DNA from: Callorhinchus milii
Lineage: Eukaryota
Assembly (NCBI RefSeq): GCF_018977255.1
Contig: NW_024704743.1
Coordinates: 87,856,001-87,920,000, forward strand
Length of the DNA stretch: 64,000 bases
Direction of reading: 5' to 3'
This document shows, piece after piece, positions 38,664-52,763 of the stretch. Both the position numbers and the translations under genes were made by a program. The number at the start of each line of letters is the position of its first letter. Position 1 is the stretch's first letter. The notes beneath the pieces are model-generated. The model did not search any database. It was not told the DNA's origin and worked only from the letters and a program-made list of their open reading frames with translations.

Positions 38664-41600
38664 GCAAGTGAAGTTACTGAATTTTTTAAGACAAACGTGC
38701 CAGCAATTTTGCCCAGCAAGTTCCCATAACCAGCCATGAGATGAATGACCAATAAATCTGGCGCATAGCTAGTTGGCCAATACATCGTGAAAAACTCCCT
38801 TCTCTTCAGTCCATCTCAGACAACAGATTATGTATATGATCAAACAAGCTTGGCAGTGAAAATAATTGGCAACATTTAACAAAATACAATATCCTGTAAT
38901 TAACAAAAAGAGAAGATTAAAGATTAAAACATTACCCTTAATGTCTGATGGATCTTTACTGCTCAGTAAATTTTCTATTTTCTATTTGATTTTATATCCG
39001 AGTATAAGAGCAAAAAGGAAATGTAATACTACAACTTGTTTCACACTGTTGCAAGATTGCAGGGCATGACATCAACCTTTGAAACTACAATGGAACACAT
39101 TGACAATATTTTGAAAAAATTAACTACAGATTCCTTCCACAGCAATGAGCATTGTCAGAGAGCACTGTTATTGTAGCTGCTGAATACCTTGCTCTGCTCT
39201 GATTATTTTTTTAAAATGAAAATACTTGCCTTTTCCAATGAATGTTGTGTCATATTATTCTATTGTCAAGGCAAAACCATTGGACCTTCCTGTACATTGA
39301 AAAGGTTCAGCGTAGTCCAGTTAATTTGCCACACAATAGTTTCCTATTTTGTAATTTTCTTTGTTGACACTCTCTGACAGTCTACGGTGGATTCATAAAT
39401 GAAGAATTTTTTTCCCCCCATTTCTCCTTATAATACTTTAAAGCAGATACTTCTATATTTCAAGCATGTGTTACCAGCTGTTGCTTTGGATGGTATAATT
39501 GGTTCCCTTCCAAAATCTGCTGTTACTGGATGAACGCAGTCATTTTAGGTTTTTGCCCTTGACTGCTGATCTTGGTCAGATTCGTAATCTTGCTGCTCAT
39601 ACATTCACGGCATCACTTTTGTGTAATGACGTTTTTCAGTAAAGGAAAATAAGATGGCTTTGTTGGCTGTATTGTGGTTAAGTTCACGTTATTTCCTTTG
39701 CAAATATTATTCCAAAAGACTGTAAGGTTAATTCTATATTCACAGTTTACAGTGGAGCCATTAGCTTTGCATTTTGCTTGAGTGAGCAATCACTATTGGA
39801 TATACTGTTGTATGCATTACAGCACAAATTTGGTTGTAAGACGTTTGCACTCTGAACCCCATTCTCACCTGCCAGCTGGTTTATGTGCAAAATGTCGGAC
39901 TTCTGCGTCATTAAATCATTGCTGACATCATTTCCTCCTTTTTCCCACCTGCCCAAAGCAGGAAGTGGCATCATTAGTGTCCTAATGTCCCAGATGTCAG
40001 TCATTTTTGCTTTCTGTACTAAGAAAGGGCCGACTTCCAGGTCATCAGGGGCAATGTTCACTTCATGCTTTACACTCGTGTGTAAAGCAGGAAGTGATGC
40101 ATTGCCATACCCTGGATTGGGATGTCAAGATCCCAAACACTGAATTTACACCTAGGATAGAATATGTAAAATGATGATATGTATATCTCGTTGGGTTCAG
40201 CATGGCTCCATGGCTATTGTGTTTAATCATTGTAAGCAGGAGTGCTACTCTTAGGACAGATTAATCCAGAGACCATTCATTCCAGCATTGTGAAATCTTC
40301 GATTTCTGTACCCTCCAAATATCAAATGGGAAAGTTAATTGTTATCAATAAGCCAAAATGTAACATCACCCTTGTAAGATATTTTGATGTTGTGAAATTT
40401 GGTCATTCCTTGCTACCCTCCCCCACTGTATATCTTCCCATAGTTGATTTGTTTCTCTCTATAGTTACCAGACAAGTCTCTTCCTGGTTGTTCTCACTTG
40501 GTAGATATGAATGATATGTTTTTCGTGCGTACTGGTGTTTAGTTTGGCTCAATTCCTTTTTAAAGTTATCATTCATTTAATTTATGGTCGGACAACGTGA
40601 TGTTCTGTTACAACAAGAAACAAAACAGTAGCAGATTGGTAGGTTCTCAATCAGAACACTCTCCTGATGCACCAGTGTGGTTGGAGCTTGGAGCAGGAAG
40701 TTCACATCAGCAGTATTATAATGCCAGTTAGTATCAAAAGATTTTGGAAGGAGATGAAAGAAGAAGTGCATGGCACAGCTAGTTATCACGCTCACCTTTT
40801 ACTTTCTCAGCTCCTCTCTACTTGTCCCCTCTGCTCGACTAACAAGCTTGCTGTGCATCCCTCGTCCCTTCCTCATCACTATCGGTGGCTGAGCTTGTGG
40901 CACTAACCTCTGCCACTGTCTCATCTACTTTCTATCTTACTTTAAATCCCATCTTAAAACCCATCTCTTCACCCTGATTGTTACCTCCTCCTAACCCTCC
41001 CCGCAAGTTTGTAAAACACTCCGAAACTTTACCTTATGTGAAGGGTATTTTATAAATACGACTTGTTGTAATTTTACTGATGGGATCTGGGGTCCAATGT
41101 AACTCAAGACAGATGGGATTAGAGTCATCTTGTCTGTTGGCTGTAGGCATCCTATGTGAAACTAGAACTAGTTTGCGCAGTCTCCACCATTTCCCAGTGG
41201 ACATAGACTTATAGCACAAAACAGCTTTTAATTTGGGATAAATTTGGCAGCCTCTCAGACAGGACACAGGATTGCTGGTGTAGGAAAGGAAAAACCGTTA
41301 CACCAGATTATAGCAAGAGCTGTTTTCCGAGATACATTTCAGGGTAGAACGGAAGGGCTATACGCTGTACCTAACAATACATCTAGCCATGCTGGACCTG
41401 ACCTGGAAATCCTTAATATTAACACTGCAAATGCAAGTACTGAATTAGAAAAAAATACAGTGAAGGAAAGTCTGGAAGGAATGGATTACTTTCTGCACTT
41501 TCTCCATTTGAAAATGAAAATAGTCCCAAGAGGCAGGACATCTTGTCTTTACATAATTTAGGGGTTGGTTCAGTATAAAGGTTCTTTATTGCTCAATGCT

Positions 41601-43500
41601 TTAAAATTGCATTAGGAATAAAGAAACTTCACTGTTGTAATTCCACCGAAACAAGGAATACAGCGAGTTGCAGAAAATATAAATGCGCCATGTTGAGTAC
41701 AACACAGCAATGTTCACCCCCATGATTTTGGCCTTAGCTGTAGCGATGGCATATTGTGTGATGCAAATGCAGTTTAGCACTATGAAAAAAAATGTGATTC
41801 TCGCTACATTTTAATGACCTGGAAATGAGTAATAACTTTCACATTCTCTTCGTGCAAATGCACAGCTGGATATAACACCCAATAATCATAGAGCTAATGC
41901 TGTTGCAGTTTTCTTTCTGGAGTATGAGCAAGTTCAGCAGAGAACAAATTACAGTTAGGACTCGGTACCAGTGATAACACAAAAATATTCATAGTATTTT
42001 AGGCAAAATGAGCGGGATGGCATCTCAATTGTTTGTGCTATAGTATATATACATTAACATTCATTTGCATGATTTAATGCCAGGATTGAAGGGCGCTTAT
42101 TTCCAAGGATGTCAATTCACAAACCTAATCGAAGGTTCACCCCCGATATAAATGCCTCACGTCAGCATTTACAATAGTTGTGCAAATGAAGGCCACGTCC
42201 CAGATACTCTCTCCGTCCCCCACTGGGAGGAGGTCAGAAGAGAAATATTGAGAGGGAATGTGAAGATGGAAAAATAAGCATTGTTTTCAGCAGCAAAACC
42301 ATAGCTTCCTAAATTGTTACTGGCATCACAATGTGTATACATCTTTGCACATCGTATCAGTGCATCTTTAATTTGGGGTGCTCATATGAAAGTTGATATA
42401 AGGCAGCTACGGTGAGATTTTTTGTGGCATCATAGAGGCAAAAAGACACTTTTCTTCAAAGGACCACTTTTAGTCATATTAAGGCCGTAATAAAGCAGGA
42501 TCATATTTTACTACATCGAGGAACACAAGAGACATCTTAGAAAAGCTTTTCAGTGGAGACGATCGGAATGTGGGATTTGTGTGTGTCGGTGTAGCTAGGG
42601 ATGCCAGTGGTTGTTTCAAATGGTCCTGCTGTCCACTGGCCTCGGCAGATGGAGCTTACAGTTGTGTGTCACTTGTTTATTACATCCTGTTAAGATTAGT
42701 AGCTGTGTGGCCAGATGGGTCTGTGAGCACAGCTGTGGATACTGGAAAATAAATGGAACCTCTCTTGCACAGTCTTAGCCTCTTGAGATCTTGGAGTGTT
42801 TTGTTCGGAACAAAAAAAAACCTCTTAAAACAGTCTGCAGATGTTTTTGTTATAGATAAACTGCCAGTAAATGGGGTAAACAATTCCTAATAATTAAAAA
42901 TCGCATGTAGTTGATGTGAATCAATTTGGCTTTAGTATTGGTTTGGTGATATTTGCAAAGGGCGAGGGAAATCACAGTATATTTGTTTTTCTTTTTTTTG
43001 TTTCCTACATTTACGTTCCATATCTCAACTCCTACACTTTCACTATAGAGTAGACAGTCTTCTCTACGAGGGTCAGCACCAATATATGATCGGCCAGGAT
43101 AGGCTGGTCCTTTAAATTCTTATTGATTCTAAGGTCGTATAACCCTTTCCGAGGTTTAGGGTTCCACTGCCATGCTTTTTGTCAGCTGGTCACACAGCAT
43201 AAACTGGTGAAACTAACCCAAAGAGGGCAGGCTTGTTCCAACGTCAGTGAAATCCACAATTCAAACTCGTTGTCGTCTAACTGGGAATCCAGAGCATTGC
43301 CACCACAACTTGGCTGCCAAAATCATAACCTGCCTTCGCTGTGTTATCAAGAAGCTGCAATATCTTTATTGTATAAATTGCATTAACATAGCGCTTTTCA
43401 CGTCGAGAGGAGCTCTCAACTACAAAGACCAAGAAGGCCATGCGTCAATGAGAGAAAATTCTATTATTTTTAGGAGATAAGAATACAAAAGCCAAGAAAG

Positions 43501-43808
43501 TAATAATAATAATCCTTGCATTTGATATCGCGCTTTTCACGTCTTCTAGACGTCTCAAAGTGCTTCACAGAATAGACTAAAGCGAACTGACTATATTTGT
43601 GGGCGAAACACAGTGGCCAATTGCGTACAGTAGTGTCCCACAAACAGTCGTGGATTGAAGTGACCAATTTATTATTGTTTTTTTTGAAGGATTATTATCA
43701 GACGTGTGGAGTAAGGGAACTTGCCCAAGGTTTTGCCCTGCCGGGAATCGAACCCAGGTCTATCACTTGTGAGGCGAGTGCTCTAACCACTGAGCTACAG
43801 GACTCCAC
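43501..43808 (-). mobile_element. Full-length tRNA-derived SINE
   Basis: Reverse complement of the family head (GTGGAGTCCTGTAGCTCAGTGG) and tail. Confidence 0.9.
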
Positions 43809-46035
43809 CCAAGCTTTTGTTGGGTCTAATCAAATGCTCACCAAGTGTTAAAATTATTGAGCTGAAATAGACTAAAAGCATCCAATATCACCAGGATTAC
43901 ATACAGAGTGTAATATAACAGAAATAATCAAAAATAATCATTTTGGAAAAATTATTACTCTGTTTCTTACCATGGAAAAATACGTTTATCTAGGTTATTT
44001 TCATCATTTTAATTGAAATAAAATGTTTTTTTTCCCCTGAACATTGCATTCAAGCCATTTCCCATGATGGAGATAAACAATTGCATTTTCATATTCAAAA
44101 TGTGCTGTTTGATGCACTGGCCAACAATTCTGTAGATACGTTAAAAATAAATCTTCCAGATACGTTGGTCCTTCACTACACTGTGTGCAATTTGGGTGCC
44201 GAAGTACATAGTCCCTGCATTTAACAGCGATTACCTATGAAGCATTTGAAAAATGGCAGTTTTATAAATGTATCAAATGCAAGGATGATTTTTGCATTAC
44301 ATTTGACATACGGTCAAAGGATCTGCACTCAATATTTCCGGAGTGTTTAGACCAACACTTTGTGTATATTTTATCCAGAGAAATATAACATCTAAGATGC
44401 TCTCTTAACTATTTCTAGCAGGTTGTACATTCCTGCTTATAATAGGATTTCCACATAGAGTGTAAGGTAGAACAAAACAATCATTAGAACTACCAAAGAA
44501 TGGTTAGCCTCCTGAATTATGTTTTTCTTATCTGGTGAAATTAACATTTTTCCCCCTTTTTTTCCTGTTGTTTCAAAGTAAGGTGCATGATATACAGTAC
44601 TGTCAAAGGTTAAAAGATAAACTTTTATTTAAAGTAGTTAATAATACATCAGGCATTGTATCACAGTAAAAGATAATGAACCCATGTTGTTCTTGGACAA
44701 GTGACAGATTCATTCTTCAGGAAAAAATAAACAACAAATAACTATCAGTGTAAAGGATAGGAAAGTATTTCGTATTTGATTTCACAACTTTTATAGTGTC
44801 TTCACCGCCTGAAACAAAATATTACCAGTATAGCTAATTCAAATGAAATTCACTCTTTCTCTCTGACCCCCCACCCCCAAAACACACACACACTACTCAA
44901 TATTTATGTTTGTTCTTCTGTCAATTTGAACAATTGTATTAATTGTATTAAACCACCAACGGAGCAGAATATTAACAGGTCATCCTTCAACCTATCCAGG
45001 TACCTATGGGTGACACATCCAATTGCCGCTAGGTTCGCTAGTGGCAAATCCTTTTGCAACTCTTGCTAATTAGGTCCCATGTTTAATATTATGTGAAGAG
45101 CACCAGTACTTATCATAAGCATCACAAACAGTGATAATTTATTGCAGTCAAAGTACACATATCTCATACAAGACTATCCAGGTCTGTTCGTCTTTACTTC
45201 TGTGAGAATTAATTAGTTTCACAACAAATATTTTATTTGCTTTTAAGATGTTGTGTTTACATTTAGAGGTATTGGTGCACATTAAGCTTTATGATATGTG
45301 AAGCCTGATTGCACACTCATAGACAAAACAAAATTCAATCTGGCCCATTGTACTGCATGGGGCCAGATTGAAGTTTGCTTGTAAACCATGGTCCCCCAAT
45401 AAACTGAGGTACAGAATACTTCCTACTTGTGAAGCTGACTGCCCGGCTTCCTCCATCTAGCACGCAGGGGTCGGCATGTCCCAAGAGATCACTGGAAATG
45501 CCCGAGGGAGGGAGGGAGCACTTGCTGTTGATCAGTCAGGTTTTGGAGTGTGATGCACAGCCGTAGTCAACCCAACAACAGCAGAAGGGATGGTGAATCG
45601 CAACACAATGCTCTGTTATTTTGCAGGGTCTCCTTTAATTGGCCCCAAATGCTGCGTTATAACAGGTGTGAGCTGTAAATATGGTACTTCTGTAAAAAAA
45701 ATTAATTTATATTCCTATTTACTACTGTTAGAAAAATTACCGCAGCACATGTTTAAACAGAGACCACTTTGGCTGTGTTATGTTATTTTTTTGCGACTTG
45801 TTTCTTTGGGAAAGTTGTTTGACACAGAAGTACATAGTGAACTAAATAGCGTAAACATTTCAATCCTTAAGATCTGAAAGTACCATATTAATATTTTTCT
45901 ATTTTTGTAAGAGTATTTGTTTCTACCCAATGTTGATGATATAAAGGCTTGCAAAACAGAATTATATTTTGTGACAATTTTTTTTAAATGTGCTTTTTTA
46001 GGGAATATTGACAGTGTGTCTTTCTGCTTTTGCAG

Positions 46036-46149
46036 GATGTGACACTCATCATTATAGCTGTGCTGATTTTGGTATTGGTTGTCTACGCTTTCTTTTTCCT
46101 GAATCTCACCACGGAAGTTGACCTTGACTTAGATCCGGACGAAAACTAA
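46036..46149 (+). CDS. TRIQK: TRIQK last coding exon (DVTLIIIAVLILVLVVYAFFFLNLTTEVDLDLDPDEN*): transmembrane helix plus acidic tail
   Basis: Acceptor tttctgcttttgcag ends at 46035, phase 0, TAA at 46147-46149. Total CDS is 61+86+114=261 nt, or 86 aa, the length and architecture expected for TRIQK. Confidence 0.96.
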   Translation, partial: DVTLIIIAVLILVLVVYAFFFLNLTTEVDLDLDPDEN

Positions 46150-46880
46150 TTGATGCCGTGCTTCCGTCATGTTTCATTCCTTCTTCAGGAGCGACCACAT
46201 TGAAACAATACTCAGCTGGAATTTACCAATGAATATTGCACTATGAGGAGGCCAGATCGACTGTTCAGCGTCCGCACGTTTATATTTTGATTCTGTTTAC
46301 CACAGGAATATTTTCCAATACATCAATTTTTATATCATCTGGCTCACCTTGTAATGCATCCAGTAAACCTGTAATTTTAAGCGAGATCCTATTTCATTCA
46401 AGTTAGTCTTTTAAAATTATTCAAATTTACGTAGTAATTTTCTTTTTTAAAAGCACCTGGGTTTTTATTAGTTATACCAGGTAGCTGTGCTGGAATTAGA
46501 CAGTACATGTTCAGCAAGGGAATATGAAAGAACCATATCCAATATAAATGCAAACAGTCAATGTAGTAAGCAATTTAGTTTTAATATGGGAAATCAAGTA
46601 CTGTAGTATTCTGGGAATCTATCCTTTTCAATTTATGCATTTACTGATAAAAATGACTTAACAGAAATGCCATACCTGGTCTAGATAAAGTAATTAATTG
46701 TGCATAAAGACACAGATAGGTGCAAGTTGAAGGAGCAGCATTACAGCAGTTTGCGTTGTTACTTATGTGTGCTGTATTCTGTTGTTTTACATGTAAGATG
46801 GTATTTTCTGTCTGTTTTAAAATGACATTTAGGGTCCAAACTTTTTTTAAAATAAATGAACGTGCTATATTTTTCCAAGT
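46150..46880 (+). other. TRIQK: TRIQK 3' UTR; candidate poly(A) signal AATAAA at 46851-46856 (alternatives ATTAAA 46949 and 47098, AATAAA 47477)
   Basis: Repeat-free AT-rich sequence after the stop codon. AATAAA is followed by T/GT-rich sequence. The true 3' end cannot be fixed from sequence alone. Confidence 0.55.
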
Positions 46881-47727
46881 CTTATCTGATGCTTAATGAA
46901 CAAAATGTTGTGTATTGTTCATCAGTGTATTTTTTGTACATTTTTTAGATTAAATCAATATCATCCCATACATTCTGTTTTGTGCTGCTTGTGTATGTGT
47001 GTGGCCCATTATGAAGATTTGAGAAGTGTCATAAACCTAAATATGTTTTGTCTACCACACTTGTTTACACCATGTAATTAATTTAGTGCATTGCACAATT
47101 AAACCAAATATACCAAGTATTTGCTGCACAAAGCATAGCACTGCTATATTAACGTACCACATTCCTGGCAACCTGCAAAGGCTGGAGGCCAAATAGAAAA
47201 TTACCCATTTCTTTCTTCCTTGTTTTCTATTTGACTTAATTAATTCTGATTCCATAATGATTTTTTTTCAGTCTTGTGTAAACCAAAACAATGTAAGCTG
47301 TTATAAACATTGTCTGACCAATGGTGGGTATTGCTATCAATCCTGTGACTTGACAATTTCACTGTCATTCCAGATTCATAGTTTCCACTGAAAATATGAG
47401 CTTTTGTGATTTTGAAGGAAATCAAACAGCAACAATAATGAACAAGAGGATTAGATCACAGCCTCTGCAATACAAAAATAAAGACACTCATAAATATGAA
47501 TAATTTTCAGAGGTGTAATACTGGGTACAATTGTGTTCTAATGATGAAATTTAGCTGAAAGCTCTTCAAAATAAAAGTGGTAAACAAAAAGGATCTATGC
47601 AGTGCCTTGGCACATCCTCCCGATGTGAAAGGCGCTATCCAAATATAATTTTGTATATTCAAACATTATTTTTCTTGTTCAGTTATATATATTATCAAAG
47701 ATTCATGTAATCATCACCATTTACTAC

Positions 47728-48036
47728 AATAATAATAATCCTTGCATTTGGTATAGAACCATATCACGTCTTTGAGACGTCTCAAAGCGCCTCACAGAAT
47801 ATACTGTAAAGTGAATTGATTATATTTCATGGGTGAAACACGACAGCCAATTGTGCACAGCAATATCCCACAAACAGCTGTGGATTTGAGTGACTTAACA
47901 ACCGGGTTCCTACTTACTGCTAGGTAAACAGAGGTGTGGAGTAAGGAAAGTTGCCTAACATTTTGCCCTGCCTGGGAATCGAATCCAGGTACTCTTGCTT
48001 GTGAGGCAAGTGCTCAAACCACTAAGCAACAGGACT
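47728..48036 (-). mobile_element. tRNA-derived SINE
   Basis: Family head and tail on the minus strand. Confidence 0.85.
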
Positions 48037-49874
48037 ATAACAGACCCATGTTATGTAACAGTATAGAAGAAATAAGCAGACTATCTCCTTTGGGCTTCTT
48101 GATACTCACATGATCTTTGCCTGCTCTCACAATTTCTTTCTATTAAATGTACTAATGCTAATGAAGAATACAACAAAACAACACTAACTTGCATTGATGT
48201 AGCGCTTTATATAATGAGGGTAATGGACTTGCAATGTGTCTGATTTAGCCAAGCAGAGGGTGCAAGCAGAGAAATGAGCTAGGTAAAATTCGGACTGGTC
48301 GAGAGCTGCTGGGTTATGAAGGATTTGTAGGTGAAGGTGAGGACTCATCCTTGATTGCTCCACTGGAGGACACTGGAGCTGGCAAGCACTGGCATGGAAC
48401 ATGTGGGGAGTTTCATTTGCGTGAGGATGCAGGTGGTTTGAGATTTTAATAAATTAGAGCTTGTGGATGATGGAACTGGAGAGACCAGTGAGGAGTGAGT
48501 TTGAAAGGGTACTGCCCTTTCCCACGGACACGGTTCTAAAAGCACCAAAGGTAATTGTAATCGGAGCCTTCCTTTGACTGGAGCACTTTCCAGTCTATCC
48601 TTGTTTAGATGACTGGCTCATATCACCTGCTAAGAACTTCTTTCATTCAGTGTAAACTTAGAGGCTGGCGTTCTGCAATTCATTAAAAGAACTGGCTTCT
48701 AATTTAAAGCTGAGTTAAAAAAAATTCTGTCATTTTAAATTCTAACACTACAGTCTTAAGGTTAATACTGTGAAGAATTTTAGGGTTGGATCTCTGTCTA
48801 ACAGATTATGAATGTTGCAGGGAAGCTGAACTCTCATCAGTCAAGAAAAATACAATTTTGAAAATTGACCAAATCACATTTTGCACAAGTGCACATTTTG
48901 AGGAAGATCTGAGGCCAAGCATTCAGGACTGTTAAGATCAAATACTTAATCCTATTAGATTCCAGCAATATGTTTCGTGCCCATGACTAGTAGCAACTAC
49001 ATTTTTTTTGTGTTTCCCAATGCAGGATTCTTACGGAGACTAACTACTTAATCTTCATGCGTAGTGGTCTCTGAAGTACACAGGACTAAGCAATTGCTTT
49101 GACCTTGTAGGTCTCAAGAGATGGACATACTGTGTAGGCTACCATTACAAGCTCTGTCACTAGTACTCAGTGTACTGACAGATGCTTCTTTTGCAGCTTT
49201 CGATGTCCATCCCTTAGAATCCTGCACCCAGGAGGATTTGACACAATCAAGAGCCCGCCGGCATGTTAAAGAAGGTCAAATTTTAAATGGAATGCATCTG
49301 AGGCCAAGCAATGCATCATTGGATGGACAATATAACCACTGTAACAGCAACTGATGGGAGCATTTCAACCAATCCTCAATCTGTAGCAGGGAAAAACACT
49401 ATTTGATGTTACATTGTTCTTCCAGTATATTTTCTCTTTGAGCCTAATTTTTTCATGCAATCTCAATTGTTTTTTAAAGCAGTGGCTTGATCTTATTATT
49501 TTTGCAGCTTCTCAGAGTAGGAAACATTACATCTTGTTTGGAATCATCATCAACAACATCAACTTGCATTTATATATCATCAGTTTCCCCTTGTGGTATT
49601 TGGATGGTTGTAGCTTCAGCTTAAGTATTAAAGGATATGACCGAAGACAGGTAGATGGGTCACATCCCCTCCCCTGACTCAGAGTCAGGCTCTGCCACTG
49701 TTAAGCGCTCTGAGACATTACCTTGTGTGGAGGGCGCTATATAAGTGCAACTTGTTGTTGCTTTTTAAAGGGCTTAGCATCAACAAACTGTAAGGTATCA
49801 GAACATCTGCTATCCTCACCCTTTTTTTTCTGGTGATAAACCTGCAGTGAATGATTGAAATTGGTGCCTATATA

Positions 49875-50285
49875 TTATAATATTAATAATCCTTACATGT
49901 GTTATAGCCCCTTTCAGGAGGACGTCCCACAACGCTTGCCAGGAATTAATGTAAAGTATAGTGACAGTGTTTTTTTTGTGGATGAAGTGGCATCAAATTT
50001 GCACAAAGCAATGTCCCATAAAGTGAATGACCAATATCATTTTGAGGGGATTGGTGTACAGGACACAGGAAGAAACTTCCTTCTATTTTGAATAGTACCA
50101 TGGAATATTTAACATCCATCTGAGCAGACAGACTTGGTTTAATGCTACAACCGAAGGATGGCACCTCCAATAACCAGCATATTCCCAGCACTGCTTTGGA
50201 GTGTCAGCCTAGACTATTGGAGGTCCAAGTCCCCACAACCTTCTGAATCAGAGGCAAGAATATTACTAATTGAGCCAGCCTGACA
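49875..50285 (-). mobile_element. Deu-domain SINE copy
   Basis: Colinear with 32187-32590. Confidence 0.7.
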
Positions 50286-51294
50286 AATTTAACTTGACCC
50301 AAGTAGAACAATTTAAAATAGCATTTTTTTTTGCCTCTTCTGAAATATAATTCTCATCGTGTTTTTTTTTAAAAAAGACTAAATTTGACCATCTGTTTAT
50401 TTTACAACAAACGGCAGATGGAAGAATGTTTATTTTCACAAATGCTCACCCTGTTTCACAAAGATTTGATGCTTCATATTTGTTGGCTGGACAGTTTCCT
50501 TCACATAATGCTCTGAAATTTGGCCTTGGGAAACCACTCTTGTGTTCTGATAATGTTTTCGGGGAATACATTTATTTTCTTATTTCAATTTAAATAAGTT
50601 TCCCAAAATTTTACATCAGTTACAATCAATTGAGATACAGTTGTTTACCATGCCACAGCACTCATCTACACTAGTGTAACTATCCATAATTAATAATAAT
50701 AATAATCCTTGCATATGATATAGCACCTATATAGCATCAAAATGTCTCAAAGTATTTCACACCGAATTTCTGTAAAGTGTAGTGACGTTGCATTAATATG
50801 TGACTGTGCAGGCAGTTTGCTTACAGGAATGTTCTACAAACAGCTATGACTTGAATGATCAACTTACTGGGGAACGGTTAGTCAACACAAAGGCAGAAAC
50901 TCCCTTTTCATTTTGAATAGTATAAGTGGTCAGCAACAATTTTTGAATACCATCAATGTACTTTACATGCATTGGGACTATGGTAACTTATTCTGTGACT
51001 GATAAATTAAGGTGGAATCAGGCACTGTTGGTCAGGGCAACCAAGAAACTCCCTTCTCGTTTCAAACAGTACCCTGAGATCTCTGAATTCCACCTGAGAA
51101 GAGGTAAATCGTATCTTGGTTTAAAATCTCATTCAGAAGATGGTACTTCCAACAATGTAGTGTTGTCCAGACCTGCACTGGAGTATCACCTTAGATCATT
51201 GCTGGCTAAGCTACGGCCCGTGGGCAGGTTCTGTCAAGAAGCGTCTCCTCTGAACATTCACACCAGTCTTGGTAAGTTTGTGTTCGATCGATAA

Positions 51295-51921
51295 TGGAGT
51301 CCTGTGGCTTAGTGATTAGAGCATTCACCTTGCAACTGAGTGGACCTGGATTAGATTCCTGGCAGGGTGAAACATTGGGCAAATTTCCTTACTCCACATG
51401 CCTTTGTTTACTTAGCAGTAAGTAGGAACCTGGTTGTTAGTCGATTGGCAGATGGCTTTACTGGGGATAATAATTCCTTCCAAATAAATTTTGAATTCTT
51501 TGTTAGATTTTAATGTTATAGGCACTATATCAAATGAAAGGATTGCAACATTATGTGTGAGTCCTGTAGTTCACTGGTTAGAGCACTTGCCTCACAAGCG
51601 AGAGACCTGGTTTCGATTCCTGGGAGGGCTAAATGTTGGGCAAATTTCCTTACTCCACATGCTTCTGTTTACCAAGCAGTAAGTTGTTAGTCGATTGGTG
51701 CATCGCTTTTCCGAGGGAAAATAATTCCTTCAAAAATTTTTTTTAAATGATTTGGTTACTCAATCCACGACTGTTTGTGGGACACTGCTGCTCACAATTG
51801 GCTGCCGTGTTTTGCCCATAAAATATACAGTCAATTCACTTTACAGAATATTCTGTGAAGCACTTTTAGACGTCTCAAAGATGTGATAAGGCGTTATATC
51901 AATTGCAAGGATTATCATTAT
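51295..51921 (+). mobile_element. Head-to-tail SINE dimer (heads at about 51295 and 51557)
   Basis: Two tRNA-like heads separated by a shortened body and a degenerate tail. Confidence 0.8.
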
Positions 51922-52712
51922 AGAAAATGATGACAATAACATGAAACCAAATAGATTGGCCACCACTGCCTTAGGCGCTGACATTCCACCATGTAATTCC
52001 ACTATATGGCTTTGAGTCAACATTGCTACCCATTGAGCCAAGCTGACAACTACACACTTAGTGTCAAATGACCATTTCTTTTGATTTAACAAATTTTCTA
52101 TGTTACTCTTCAATCCTGCTGGTGGAGTAAACTATACTGTAGCCTTGGCACTGTGTGATGCACTTGGCACACTGTGAGACATAGGTCCCACTGCCCTTTT
52201 TGGAGTTTTTGATAAGTATTTCTAAAAATTGTAAACCAAGATGCAGAAGTGCTAGTACTAAACAAAGTTGTGTGTGTTTAGAAGGTGGAATGAAATGTTG
52301 AATGGGCATTGTGAAAAGATTACTGAGCTCAGATATTTCGAAAAATGTCAAGAATATTCGTTCTCATCTATTTGCATCACATAAACATCTGGGGCTTTTG
52401 TCTATGTATAGTTGTGCCTTTCTTTTATATGTTACCACAGCTGTGAACAAGGAAGTATTACAAATGTAAATACATTTACTTACACAGTAAAGGTTAATAT
52501 TACATGATTGCTGATGTGAATTCTACGAGTGGATAAGACTTTGTAGGGGCACATATAATCTCAAAATGTTCATGTCTCACAGTGTGCAATGTACACCACA
52601 AAAAGGTGACATTGTTAGACTATCAAGCAAAATTGGACAGTTGCCTCCTTATACAGTAACTGCTTAGTCACTGCACAGACTGTAGACTGGCAGCAGTTCA
52701 GTCAGATTATTT

Positions 52713-52763
52713 ATAAGCAATTGAGTAGACATGTTATAAAAACATGTCTACTCAATTGCTTAT
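52713..52763. repeat. Perfect inverted repeat, 23-bp arms, 5-nt loop
   Basis: ATAAGCAATTGAGTAGACATGTT-ATAAA-AACATGTCTACTCAATTGCTTAT. Confidence 0.95.
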
